Of a stretch of DNA of 64,000 bases, positions 27,501 to 36,608 are shown piece after piece; the first letter of the stretch is position 1, and every line of letters starts with the position of its first letter. The stretch covers positions 7,068 to 71,067 of the forward strand of contig CAZFYM010000004.1 of assembly GCA_964523755.1 (NCBI GenBank), read 5' to 3'. Under the pieces are notes generated by a model. It ran no database searches. It was not told where the DNA came from and was given only the letters and a program-made list of their open reading frames with translations. Origin of the DNA: an uncultured Wenzhouxiangella sp. (GTDB lineage Bacteria; Pseudomonadota; Gammaproteobacteria; Xanthomonadales; Wenzhouxiangellaceae). The position numbers and the translations under genes are program-made.

Positions 27501-30500
27501 GCCGCCAACCCAGCGAATCACCCGGCTGGCATTGCGACGGCCCTCATCGTCACGAATGGTTGCCGTCAGGTGGTACTGGCCACCAATCTCGGTATCAAAC
27601 TCGCAACGCGCCTGGCCGTCGGGTCCTGTCCTGACCCGGCAGCGCTGGGCCTCGTCCATTTCCTGTTCGAGCTGGCGGCCCCGCCAGACATGCTGCGCCC
27701 GGGCCGCTTCGACCACCACCGGGCGATCGCCCAGCACCTCGCCCTCGATATCGGTGGCAATCAGCTCCAGCACCAGCGGCTCGCCCTGTTCGACAAAATA
27801 GGTATCGGTTTTCAGGCCCACGTAGGCCTGGCCGGGGTGGACCAGGAATTCACTGCCGGCATTCCAGGCCTGACGATTGACATCGAACACGGTCGCCGCA
27901 GCTTCGACCAGCAATGGCCGTGGCTGCTGGTCGAAGTTCATCGAGACGTCAATGGCATGCTTGCCACCGCCGTCAGTCGTTCCCTGGTGAACCTCGCTCT
28001 GAGAGGTTTGGCTGTGGTGGCCGGCCCAATGAAACCAGCGTGGCGACTCAAAGCCAAAGCGCCAGTCAGCGTGGTTGGGAGGCGCATAGTGACCGGGCCG
28101 GGCCGACACCCGCCAGTTGATATCGGCACCGGGCAACGCGCCCCCGGCATAATAGACCGCCTGTACCTCGACCGGCACGGTCTGATTGCCGATAAACGGC
28201 CCGGCCGGCATGCGCGATGTGACCTCGAACTCCGGGGTGCGAAATTCCTGTAGCGAGAATCGGTGGACATGGACGGTATTGCTCAGTCTTGTAGCTGAAC
28301 TGAGTGTCAGCTCGATACTTGCATCACCCAGATTGGGCGTGTCCGGCAGGTCGAAGGCCAGATCAAAGCCACCCAGGGCGCTGAGCTCGGCCTGGCCTTC
28401 GTGCAGCAGATTGCCGAGTGCATCGGCCACGGCGAAATCGATGCGACTGGAATCGGGCAACAAGGCCAGTCCGCCATCCGGCCGTCGTTCGGCCAGTCGC
28501 AGCCAGCCTTTCAGATGGACCCGTTCACCGGGGCGGTAGATACCCCGGTCATCAAAGACCTGCCACAGCACCTGATCGTTCTGGTCGCGGCGTACCCAGC
28601 CGGTTCGGACCGACCAGTAGTTGGCTTCGGGCAACAGCGCGCTGTCGTTGCCGTGTTCAACCAGAATCCAGTTGACGCCATCGGCCAATTCGGACGACTC
28701 GGGAAGTGCAATCTCGGTCAACCCCGATTCGTCGCTGGACCAGCGCCCGTCAAAGACACCAAAGCTGACTTGGGCCTCCTTGAGCGGCTGACCGCTGTCA
28801 AGCTCGGTGGCCCAGACCAGCAATTGTCGGGCATCGGCGCTGGCATCAATGCCAATGTTGGTCGCCTGGATCCAGGTCAGTTCATGGCGTGAATGGTCAG
28901 CTCGAACCGCACCTTCAATCACGCTACCGGGTTCGAATCGTGCCACCAGGTGTCCACGATGATCCTCACCCAGGTATGGAGCAAGGTCTATTGATGTTCG
29001 AACCGGCCGATCGCGTTCCGCATCGATCTCCAGGGACCCGGCAAAAACCGGCTCGCCCGGCAACTCAACCGACTCATCAGGCTGCCAGCGAGCGCCGCGA
29101 TACAGTTGCTGATAGGCTGGCCAGTCGGCGGCAGTGACCCGATGAATGCGGGCGTTCAGCGTACGGTAGTTTGTGCTGAAAAATTCGAGACGAGGCGCTG
29201 CCGACGGGTCCAGCGTGGTCAATTGGTCGACACCCAGGCTTAGCATCGGGCGGGCGCTGCCCACCTGAAATGCAAAATCCCGCTCGCCATCCAGTCGCTG
29301 GCCGAACTGATCGACCAGGGATGAATCCAGACTGACTCGATAGGTGGTGCGGCCGCGCTTGAGTCCATGAATCATCAAGCCGTTGCCCCAGGCCTGTATG
29401 TCCAGTCCGAGGACTTCCGGTTCGATGCTTACCCGCTCGCTCAGTGCCTGTTCAGTTGCCAGTGGCGACGAGAATTCCAGACTGATGACATCATCGGGAG
29501 CACAGCCCGAACGCCAGCCGCAGCGGGTTTCGCGGACGGTGAATGGCGGATAGGTCCGGAAGCTCTTGCTCTGTAACGCCTCGGTCCGCACCGGACCCTC
29601 CTCCGAGGGCGCATTGGCTGCCAGTTCAACGATGATGCGCTGATTGGCGGGCAAGGCTTCACGGGTTTTCAGCGCCAGCCAGTAACCCGGATTCAGTTGC
29701 TCGACAAGTTCTCGCGCACGCTGGTCGGTCGCCAGGTCGGCATCACTGGCCGGGCCGATCGCCAGGCTTTGCCCGCTCTCATTGGCAATATTGACAAATT
29801 GGGGCAGGAGCGCGCTCGAAATCCGCTGATTGAAAGCAAGTATCAGAACCGGATCCAGACCGACCTGCTCGCCCTGCGGGTAAAGACTGGAAAACTCCAC
29901 CGCCGGGGTTGTGAAGCGAAACGAAACCGGTTTTTCCAGCTGACTTCCGTCAGCTGCCTCGATTGACTGACTGACATCGACATGAAACTCGGTAGCCATG
30001 GGCAGACGCGCCTGCTCAGGCTCGAACAGCAAGGTACGGGTACCCACCCAGCGCCATTGGCCGTCAATCTCCGGCTGCATCCGGATACCGGCCGGCCGGC
30101 CGCCGAGGTCGTCGTGGCCACTGACCGCAACCATCGGGCGGTCAAAAGTCAGGCTGACCTGACCTGCTATCGGCACCTGACCTTCGGGTGAATAGCGCAG
30201 CAGGCGCAGTGGCCCCTCGACCGGCTCGACTGCGGGCAGCTTGCGCTCTTCAAGCGGTGGGAATTCGCCCAGCACGGTCTGGCTGGTGCGGGGCGGTGGT
30301 TGGCTGCCGGAACGCAGGGCAAAATCCTGCTTGTCATCTTTCGATTCGGGCAACGACTCCAGCCTGGTCAGCAGAGACTGTACCTCATCGTCATTCAGCG
30401 CGCGCAGTTCGGCAAGCCTGGGACGCTGCCATTCACTCTCAATAATCGCACCGTGTTGCAGATTGCCCGGAAATTCATTCAAGTCTGACGGTGGTTGGAC

Positions 30501-30638
30501 CGGTTCGGGCCAGTCATTTACCGAAGACTCACCGTTGTCACCGCCGGCCACCCCCACGTTAATATGACCCCCGCTATCCGCTGGCCCGCAACCACCAAGA
30601 AAAATAACGAGCAGCAGCCCTGCGATCATTCGACTCAT
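24576..30638 (-). CDS. Bacterial alpha-2-macroglobulin lipoprotein
   Basis: 2020 aa with lipobox LGG-C, Ig-like N-terminal domains, MG2 (DRGIYRPGERV), DNLTRYR, thioester CSEQ (26076-26087) and C-terminal PARAEEMYQPE. Confidence 0.93.
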   Translation of the reverse strand: MSRMIAGLLLVIFLGGCGPADSGGHINVGVAGGDNGESSVNDWPEPVQPPSDLNEFPGNLQHGAIIESEWQRPRLAELRALNDDEVQSLLTRLESLPESKDDKQDFALRSGSQPPPRTSQTVLGEFPPLEERKLPAVEPVEGPLRLLRYSPEGQVPIAGQVSLTFDRPMVAVSGHDDLGGRPAGIRMQPEIDGQWRWVGTRTLLFEPEQARLPMATEFHVDVSQSIEAADGSQLEKPVSFRFTTPAVEFSSLYPQGEQVGLDPVLILAFNQRISSALLPQFVNIANESGQSLAIGPASDADLATDQRARELVEQLNPGYWLALKTREALPANQRIIVELAANAPSEEGPVRTEALQSKSFRTYPPFTVRETRCGWRSGCAPDDVISLEFSSPLATEQALSERVSIEPEVLGLDIQAWGNGLMIHGLKRGRTTYRVSLDSSLVDQFGQRLDGERDFAFQVGSARPMLSLGVDQLTTLDPSAAPRLEFFSTNYRTLNARIHRVTAADWPAYQQLYRGARWQPDESVELPGEPVFAGSLEIDAERDRPVRTSIDLAPYLGEDHRGHLVARFEPGSVIEGAVRADHSRHELTWIQATNIGIDASADARQLLVWATELDSGQPLKEAQVSFGVFDGRWSSDESGLTEIALPESSELADGVNWILVEHGNDSALLPEANYWSVRTGWVRRDQNDQVLWQVFDDRGIYRPGERVHLKGWLRLAERRPDGGLALLPDSSRIDFAVADALGNLLHEGQAELSALGGFDLAFDLPDTPNLGDASIELTLSSATRLSNTVHVHRFSLQEFRTPEFEVTSRMPAGPFIGNQTVPVEVQAVYYAGGALPGADINWRVSARPGHYAPPNHADWRFGFESPRWFHWAGHHSQTSQSEVHQGTTDGGGKHAIDVSMNFDQQPRPLLVEAAATVFDVNRQAWNAGSEFLVHPGQAYVGLKTDTYFVEQGEPLVLELIATDIEGEVLGDRPVVVEAARAQHVWRGRQLEQEMDEAQRCRVRTGPDGQARCEFDTEIGGQYHLTATIRDDEGRRNASRVIRWVGGGRMPATDAVGIEEVILIPDQDTHQAGDVARLLVQAPFDNAEGLLTLRRHGLAEQRRFTIKGGSTTLEIPLRQDWIPNIQAHVILVGSAERSGSTVDVNVLPPRPAIAVGQHEFSLSTAERVLDVELRLESSSLSPGESTEVDLAVLDADGQPVQGAELALIVVDEAILALTGYSITDPMERFYRPRDPEVIDRHLRPGIRLFSPDAFAESLSSEKQLMFDPSEPMTPLLRIQVTGSRMVAADEVGAAASDSIAVRENFNPLAAFVPALITDAQGRVSARIDLPDNLTRYRLTVVAVDGATRFGKAESNLTSRLPLMVRASPPRFLNFGDVFEFPVVVQNQTDQPSEVHLAMAASNLELTAAAGYAFDVPANDRREVRLPAAALEAGIARYQIATASADFADAARGELPVWTPATTEAFATYGVIDEGAMVQPIVTPDNIWPQFGQLDITTSSTAVQSLTDAFLYLHEYPFHCSEQVASRILAVAALRDVLEAFEVDGIPSSDQIERSMAADMERLAGMQNGDGGFGLWQRGRESWPYATLHVAHALIRARGKGYSVNERLLESTLEHVRHIERYIPSAYADRARRHIVAYALYVRGLHNDFDRVRARALIAEVTDFEALTFESLGWLLGVLSGDKDSSAELDQLRRFLANRVSETAAGAQFVSRFQDGDHLIMHSDRRADGIVLEALMRDQPDSDLIQKLVQGLQAHRIRGRWGNTQDNAFVLLALDQYFRIHEGTEPDFVARTWLGQGFAGEHAFRGRSVDSHNIEIPMAWLARDGGEQDLTLDKDGAGRLYYRIGLNYAPASLDLAAASHGFEVTRIYRSVDDPDDVHQRDGGVWEIKAGARVEVELSLVAPARRYHVALVDPLPAGLESINPALAVSDSAENGNESPINPYARGRGGWWGPWYEHQNLRRERTEAFASLLPGGVYHYSYFARATTPGEFIVPPARAEEMYQPETFGRSASARVIVVDGQSE

Positions 30639-30689
30639 GTCAAATCCGCGATTGTTTAAGGCGAATCCAACACAGAGTGAACACGCAGG

Positions 30690-31664
30690 CTATCGACGCT
30701 CGGCAAGCGCGGTGAATTCACCTGTACTGCCCGAGTAGCCCTGGACATTGAACCAGTAGCTGCCAGCCGTCAGCGCATGGCGGATACGACAGTTCTGGTC
30801 AGTCCCATCGTCATTTTCCGCCATCAGCTCGCCTGATTGATTGCGCAGTTCACAGTAAGTATCGGTATCACCGCGGGTTTCAAATACATACATGCCCGGC
30901 TCGGTAATCTCGGTCTCGAACTCGACCATGGATTCCGGGCCATCGAGTCTTGAACCGCGCGGCTCGCCCAAAGGCAAGGCAATCGTTTCGATTTCGGTGG
31001 GAGAGGCCATGAACGTAGTGCGACCGCTCTGTACATCATAGCCGCTGATCAGAAAATGATAGCTGCCACGGGACAGCCGCTGCGTCATACCGCAGTTCTG
31101 GTCATCGCCAAAATCATCGTTGTAATTCAGTTCGGCACCATCAGCACCAAACAAGCGGCACTCGGTATCCAGTTGCCCCGAGGTGCTAAGCAGATAAGCG
31201 CCATCTCGCACCACCTCAAGAGCGACGACCGAACCGCGACCCTCTGCGATATCAAGATTCAGAACATCACCGACCTGAGCCTGGTGAACAGGTAATGCAT
31301 CGATCATGATCTGTACCCGCCCGCGATCGCTTGCTTCGAAACCGGATACACCGACCGAGTATCGCCCGGCAGTCAAAACGGCATTGATCATGCAGTTGTA
31401 GTCTTGGCCGCTATCATCATCCTCGGCTATCAGGTTGCCAGATGAATCGGAAAGTTTGCACACCGTATCCTCATCGCCCTGCGTGTAAAGCACGTAGAAT
31501 CCGGGATCGGTGATTTCGATATCCATGCTGGTTTCGGTAAAGCCGATGCGGATTTCCGTCAGTTCACCGACAAACAGTTCGGAAGGCGATGATCCGCCAC
31601 AGCCTGCCAGCGACAGAACAGCGACAGCGATCAGTGCTGTGCAGAAATTGCTTATGTTTTTCAT
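30690..31664 (-). CDS. Lipoprotein with three PPC/DVUA0089-like repeats
   Basis: Lipobox LAG-C; three repeats of the form G.Y...T.G..DT.C.L....G.....DD....NC.....L..G.Y.....G(F/Y). Confidence 0.8.
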   Translation of the reverse strand: MKNISNFCTALIAVAVLSLAGCGGSSPSELFVGELTEIRIGFTETSMDIEITDPGFYVLYTQGDEDTVCKLSDSSGNLIAEDDDSGQDYNCMINAVLTAGRYSVGVSGFEASDRGRVQIMIDALPVHQAQVGDVLNLDIAEGRGSVVALEVVRDGAYLLSTSGQLDTECRLFGADGAELNYNDDFGDDQNCGMTQRLSRGSYHFLISGYDVQSGRTTFMASPTEIETIALPLGEPRGSRLDGPESMVEFETEITEPGMYVFETRGDTDTYCELRNQSGELMAENDDGTDQNCRIRHALTAGSYWFNVQGYSGSTGEFTALAERR

Positions 31665-31787
31665 TAGAAGGCCCTGAATTAGTCAACAGTTGTTTGTACT
31701 GAAGCGCATTCAGCCGCATCGCGGCCAGCGCATAGGGAACACCTGAATCACGACGCCCGAGCAATTCAGATTGGGAATTCTAGCAGA

Positions 31788-32132
31788 TCAGGGATTTCTG
31801 CGGTTTCGCCAGAACCAGCGTACATAAACCAGCCAGCCGGCCAGCGCCATTGCTGAGCCCAGCACAAAAATCTGGTACTGATTGCCGAATCGATCCACGG
31901 CGACCATGGTCATCACGGCGCCAAAACCACTCAGCACTGAAATCATCACAGGGTGCGCCTCGCTCCGGACGACTGCGAAGAAGTGCGCCCTGATCAGAAA
32001 TCCCAGCGGTGCCAGGCAGGACAGCATCAGCCCGCTGCCGGCCAGCAACGGGGCGGAGTGAACGAGACTGATCAGGGCGTACACAAGCCATCCGATCAGC
32101 ACCAGAGTGTAAAGCAACGGGTAGGCTTTCAA
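31788..32132 (-). CDS. Small 4-TM hypothetical membrane protein
   Basis: Four hydrophobic segments. TTG 32132 chosen over 32213 because the upstream extension is Cys/Ser-rich and non-protein-like. Confidence 0.6.
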   Translation of the reverse strand: MKAYPLLYTLVLIGWLVYALISLVHSAPLLAGSGLMLSCLAPLGFLIRAHFFAVVRSEAHPVMISVLSGFGAVMTMVAVDRFGNQYQIFVLGSAMALAGWLVYVRWFWRNRRNP

Positions 32133-32209
32133 GGTGTTTCCATTCAGGCTGCAGCTGTGGTGCAGTATATCCTGCGATACACACAGCGAGCATGAATGAC
32201 ATGAGCAAG

Positions 32210-32962
32210 TCAAGGCATCGAGGGTTCATCCTGGCTGTTCGGCAACTCATGCAGGCCACATTCACGGGTCAGCCCGAAAAATCGGGCTTGTTCAACATTG
32301 TCAATATCTTTCAATGATCGCGTACTGTGCCAGTCACCGATGGAGATATAACCCTGTTCGCGAAGCGGATGGTACGGTAGTCCATGGCGCACGAGATAGC
32401 GATGTATATCACGATCCTGCCAATCGGTAATTGGATGCACCTTATATCGATTCCACTGGCAGTCAGCAATGGCAATGGCCTGGCGACTGCGCGATTGCAC
32501 CCGGCGCAGTCCGGATAGCCAGCTTGACACCCCCAGCTCATCCAGTGCTCGGCGCATGGGTTCGACCTTGTTGTCAAGATTGTAACGCCTGATGCCGTCC
32601 AGACCCTGTTCCCAGCGCTGGCCATAGCGGGCCTCCTGCCAGGCCGGGCTGAGACTGGACTGATAGACCTTGATATTCAGATTCAAACGGGCCGTCAGAT
32701 CATCGACAAAGCGATAGGTTTCGGGGAAGTGGTAACCCGTATCGATAAAGATAACCGGTGTACCCGGTGCAATAGCGTTGACCAGGTGCAACATCACTGC
32801 CGACTGCATGCCAAAACTGGAAGACAGTGCATGCCGACCCGGCAGATACTCCAGCATCCACTCAATGCGCTTTTGGGCATTGAGTGGCGCAAGCAAGCGA
32901 TTGATTTGATCGAGCCCAAGGCCAGGACTTGACGATGTCCGTGCCAACGATACACAACTCAT
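32210..32962 (-). CDS. cysH: PAPS reductase
   Basis: SSSFGMQSAV, FIDTGYHFPETY, GLRRVQS, GYISIGDWH and C-terminal ECGLH. No Fe-S Cys pair, so the E. coli PAPS type. Confidence 0.95.
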   Translation of the reverse strand: MSCVSLARTSSSPGLGLDQINRLLAPLNAQKRIEWMLEYLPGRHALSSSFGMQSAVMLHLVNAIAPGTPVIFIDTGYHFPETYRFVDDLTARLNLNIKVYQSSLSPAWQEARYGQRWEQGLDGIRRYNLDNKVEPMRRALDELGVSSWLSGLRRVQSRSRQAIAIADCQWNRYKVHPITDWQDRDIHRYLVRHGLPYHPLREQGYISIGDWHSTRSLKDIDNVEQARFFGLTRECGLHELPNSQDEPSMP

Positions 32963-34638
32963 GGCTGATTGACCTCGCTACCATGAGACACCGGCTTGAC
33001 CAGTGCTGCTCGAATCAGAAAGTCACCGAAATACTCGCCCTCGTCCCGTTCTACGGCATAGTGGCCGAACAGTTCGTCGATGCGTGCCACAATCGCCGCT
33101 TCATCGACATTGTCCCTGTCCAGTCGATTCAGACGACTGCCATCGAATGCCGCACCAAGGTACAAGTTGTAGCGCCCAGGGGCCCGTCCAACCAGCCCGA
33201 TTTCTGCCAGGTAGGGTCGTGAGCAACCATTCGGACAGCCGCTCATGCGCACCGTGATCGGTTCATTCTCCAGACCGTGGGCCGCAGCAAGCTCCTCGAT
33301 CCGGGTGACCAGATCCGGCAGGTATCGCTCGGCTTCGGCCATGGCCAGACCGCAGGTGGGCAAGGCCACACAGGCCATGGAACGGCGACGAATTACCGAG
33401 GGAGGCTTGTTGCCCTCCACCCCATGCGCGGCGATCAGTCGATCCACGGCTTTCCGGTTGGCTTCGGTCACACCGGCAATAATCAGATTCTGATTCGGTG
33501 TCAGTCGGATATCACCGGCAAAATGTTCGGCTATCGTTCGCAAACCGCCTCGCGCTTGTGGCAGCAAACGACCGTTCTCGATAAACAGCGTCAACTGCCA
33601 CTGGCCATTGTGCATCCGGTGCCAACCATAACGATCCGCATTGGACTGGAACGCGTATTTACGTGGTGGCTGAAGTACGATACCGGATCGTTTTTCCAGT
33701 TCTGCCACAAACCAGTCAGTGCCACGATCATCAATGGTGTACTTGAAGCGCGCATGCTTGCGATTGGAACGGTCGCCATGATCGCGCTGAATGGTGACGA
33801 CCGCCTCGGCAATGGCCAGAAGATCATCGGGTTCGATAAAACCAATAACATCGGCGAGGCGTGGAAAGGTTTCAGGCTCCGCATGGCTGCAACCCATGCC
33901 ACCGCCCACGCACAGATTGAAGCCGACCAGTTCATCCTGTTCGACAATGGCGATAAACCCCAGGTCCTGCGAGAAGATATCCACATCATTGTTGGGCGGA
34001 AGTGCAATGGCCGCCTTGAACTTGCGCGGCAAATAGGTCTTGCCATAGATTGGCTCGACAGGCTCGCGATCAGGCTTTTCAATCGGCTCTCCATCGATCC
34101 AGATTTCGCGGTAGGCACCGGTTGCCGGCGTCAGGTGCGCACTCAAGCGCCGCGCCCATGCCAGCGTCTGTGCATGGACAAGACCGGCTTCCGGCTGTAT
34201 ATGGCACATCACGTTGCGATTGACGTCGCCGCAGGCTGCCAGTGAATCCATCAGAACCTGATCAATACGCCGGATCAGAACGCTTAGATTCTCTTTGGCC
34301 ACGCCATGAAACTGGACCGCCTGACGGCTGGTCAGGCGTATGGTGCCATTGGCCACCTGATCAGCCAGTTCGTCCAGTGCCAGCCATTGTTCCCGGCTGA
34401 TCACCCCACCGGGCACTCGCACCCGGATCATGAAGCTGTAAGCGGGTTCGAGACGGGCTTCGCGACGCAACTCGCGCTGGTCGCGATCATCCTGCTGATA
34501 AATGCCGTGGAACTTGGTGATCACGGTATCGGCTTCGGCCACCGCCGCGGTGGCCGGCTCTTTCAGGCTGATCGACAGCGTGCCTCGCAGATGATCACTG
34601 TCTGCCTTGATCTTTTCCACATCCAGATGGGCAACCAT
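32959..34638 (-). CDS. cysI: Sulfite reductase hemoprotein subunit
   Basis: KFHGIYQQDDRD, YGKTYLPRKFK, ACVALPTCGLAMAEAER and MSGCPNGCSRP. Confidence 0.97.
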   Translation of the reverse strand: MVAHLDVEKIKADSDHLRGTLSISLKEPATAAVAEADTVITKFHGIYQQDDRDQRELRREARLEPAYSFMIRVRVPGGVISREQWLALDELADQVANGTIRLTSRQAVQFHGVAKENLSVLIRRIDQVLMDSLAACGDVNRNVMCHIQPEAGLVHAQTLAWARRLSAHLTPATGAYREIWIDGEPIEKPDREPVEPIYGKTYLPRKFKAAIALPPNNDVDIFSQDLGFIAIVEQDELVGFNLCVGGGMGCSHAEPETFPRLADVIGFIEPDDLLAIAEAVVTIQRDHGDRSNRKHARFKYTIDDRGTDWFVAELEKRSGIVLQPPRKYAFQSNADRYGWHRMHNGQWQLTLFIENGRLLPQARGGLRTIAEHFAGDIRLTPNQNLIIAGVTEANRKAVDRLIAAHGVEGNKPPSVIRRRSMACVALPTCGLAMAEAERYLPDLVTRIEELAAAHGLENEPITVRMSGCPNGCSRPYLAEIGLVGRAPGRYNLYLGAAFDGSRLNRLDRDNVDEAAIVARIDELFGHYAVERDEGEYFGDFLIRAALVKPVSHGSEVNQP

Positions 34639-36419
34639 CAGTAAACATCCTTCTGGTAGCGTTTGTTGACTTGCAGTTGTTCAAGATAGGCAGCGGCCTG
34701 TTCCGGGTTGCGGCCACCGTGGCGACTGATAACATCGAGCAGGGCTTGATGTACATCATTCGCCATTCCCTGGCCATTACCGCAGACATAAACATGGGCG
34801 CCCTCCTCCAACCAGGCATGCACGTCACTGCCTTGCTCGCGCAGGCGATGCTGCACATAAAATTTCTCTGCCTGGTCACGCGAGAAGGCCACTGACAGGC
34901 GATTGAGTGCGCCGGACTTGAGATGTCGCTGCCATTCGAGTTGATAGAGAAAATCGGTTCGCCGATGTTGCTCGCCGAATACCAGCCAGTTGCGGCCAGT
35001 GTGACCCAGCGCTTGGCGATGCTCGACAAATGCCCGGAACGGTGCCACGCCGGTACCGGGGCCGATCATGATGATCGGTCGATCCGGTTCTTCGGGCAAG
35101 CGAAAGCGCGGGTTGGATTCGATATAGACCGGCAGCCGGTCACCCGGTGCGCTGCCTTCGATCAACTGCCAGGAGGCCACACCAGCGCGCAGCCGGGCAC
35201 CAAGCTCCCCGCCTTCCAGCTTGACCGTCAGATGAACCTCGTCCTCGGCTACCAGCGGACTCGACGCAATGGAGTAAAGGCGCGGGCCAATGCCGCGCAA
35301 CAGTCCGACCAGTTCGGCACCGCTCATCTCCTGCGGAAACTCGCGCAGCACATCGACAACCTGGCGGCTCTGGACCCAGCGTTGCAATGCGTCACGATCA
35401 TCCAGCAAATTCAACAAGTCAGAGACCTTGCCGCGCTGGGCATAGCCGGCCAGAAACGGTCGAACCACCTGGGTCAGTTCCAGCCGCGATTGAAGCCATT
35501 CACGCAAGGGTCGTGTCTGGTCATTGCGTACCACCGGCTCGTTCTCATCCAGTCCGGTCAGTTCCAGAATTTCGTCGACCAGGCGGGTATCGTTGCGCGG
35601 CCAGAGTGCAAGTGAATCGCCCGGTTCATAGGACAGCCCGCTGCCATCCAGCGCCAGTGCCAGGTGACAAACCCGCTTGTTCGACGGTGCGACGGTCAAT
35701 GGCGAGGATTCCAGCAGTTCGGCCTGAAAAGGATTTCTTCGGTCGTGCACTCGAGCCGATTGGAATGATTCACCCACCACAGTCAGATAGGGTGCCGACG
35801 ATGTCTCGCTCTTGAGTAGCGGTTTGACCACTTTGAGCACTTGCTCACGCCAGCCATCTTCAGCGGTTTCAAAGTCGACATCAACATCGACCCGCTCCAG
35901 CAGACGCTGTGCACCCAGAGAACTCAGCCTTTCATCCAGTTCACGCCCGGTCTGACAGAAATCAGGATAGGACGAGTCACCCAGCGCAAACACCGCGAAC
36001 TTCAGATCATCCAGACGCGGTGCCCTCTCGCCCAACAGCAGCTTGTGCAAAGCAACAGCATCTTCGGGCGGATCGCCCTCGCCGTGGGTGCTGATCACCA
36101 GCAACAGCAAACCGGTTTTACTGATGCGTCGTGGTTGAACATCGGCCAGACTACTCAGGTCCACAGCATAGCCGGACTCTCGGGCCGAGGCTGCCAATCG
36201 CTCGGCGACCCCGCGACCGTTGCCGGTCTCCGACCCATACCAGATCGTGAGGATTGTTCCAGGCTCGATCGAACTGACCCCGGCGTCGTCGGCCTGCCCG
36301 GCTGCGGCCAGCCCGGCCAGATAGCCCGAAGCCCAGTTCAACTGCGCAGCATCCAGCCGGCTCGCCAATGTGTCGAGCCGGTTCTGCAGTTCGCGCTGGT
36401 CTTGCGCCTGAGGCAGCAT
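34638..36419 (-). CDS. cysJ: Sulfite reductase flavoprotein subunit
   Basis: Flavodoxin (YGSETGNG, STHGEGDPP), RLYSIASS, MIGPGTGVAPFR and RYQKDVY. Confidence 0.97.
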   Translation of the reverse strand: MLPQAQDQRELQNRLDTLASRLDAAQLNWASGYLAGLAAAGQADDAGVSSIEPGTILTIWYGSETGNGRGVAERLAASARESGYAVDLSSLADVQPRRISKTGLLLLVISTHGEGDPPEDAVALHKLLLGERAPRLDDLKFAVFALGDSSYPDFCQTGRELDERLSSLGAQRLLERVDVDVDFETAEDGWREQVLKVVKPLLKSETSSAPYLTVVGESFQSARVHDRRNPFQAELLESSPLTVAPSNKRVCHLALALDGSGLSYEPGDSLALWPRNDTRLVDEILELTGLDENEPVVRNDQTRPLREWLQSRLELTQVVRPFLAGYAQRGKVSDLLNLLDDRDALQRWVQSRQVVDVLREFPQEMSGAELVGLLRGIGPRLYSIASSPLVAEDEVHLTVKLEGGELGARLRAGVASWQLIEGSAPGDRLPVYIESNPRFRLPEEPDRPIIMIGPGTGVAPFRAFVEHRQALGHTGRNWLVFGEQHRRTDFLYQLEWQRHLKSGALNRLSVAFSRDQAEKFYVQHRLREQGSDVHAWLEEGAHVYVCGNGQGMANDVHQALLDVISRHGGRNPEQAAAYLEQLQVNKRYQKDVY

Positions 36420-36608
36420 GTGTTAGCGAGCCTGTTATTCAAGGATGAATCAACAGCTTAAATGCAGAATGAGACAATCAGAACGAACAGATCGCTATAT
36501 GGTTATATCGAACCGATCAGGACCACCCAGGGAAGTTTCAATCGTTTTGGGGGTCGGCACAGGCGTGCGGTACAATCCGAATCGTCCATCAAACCGGAAC
36601 AGACAATC

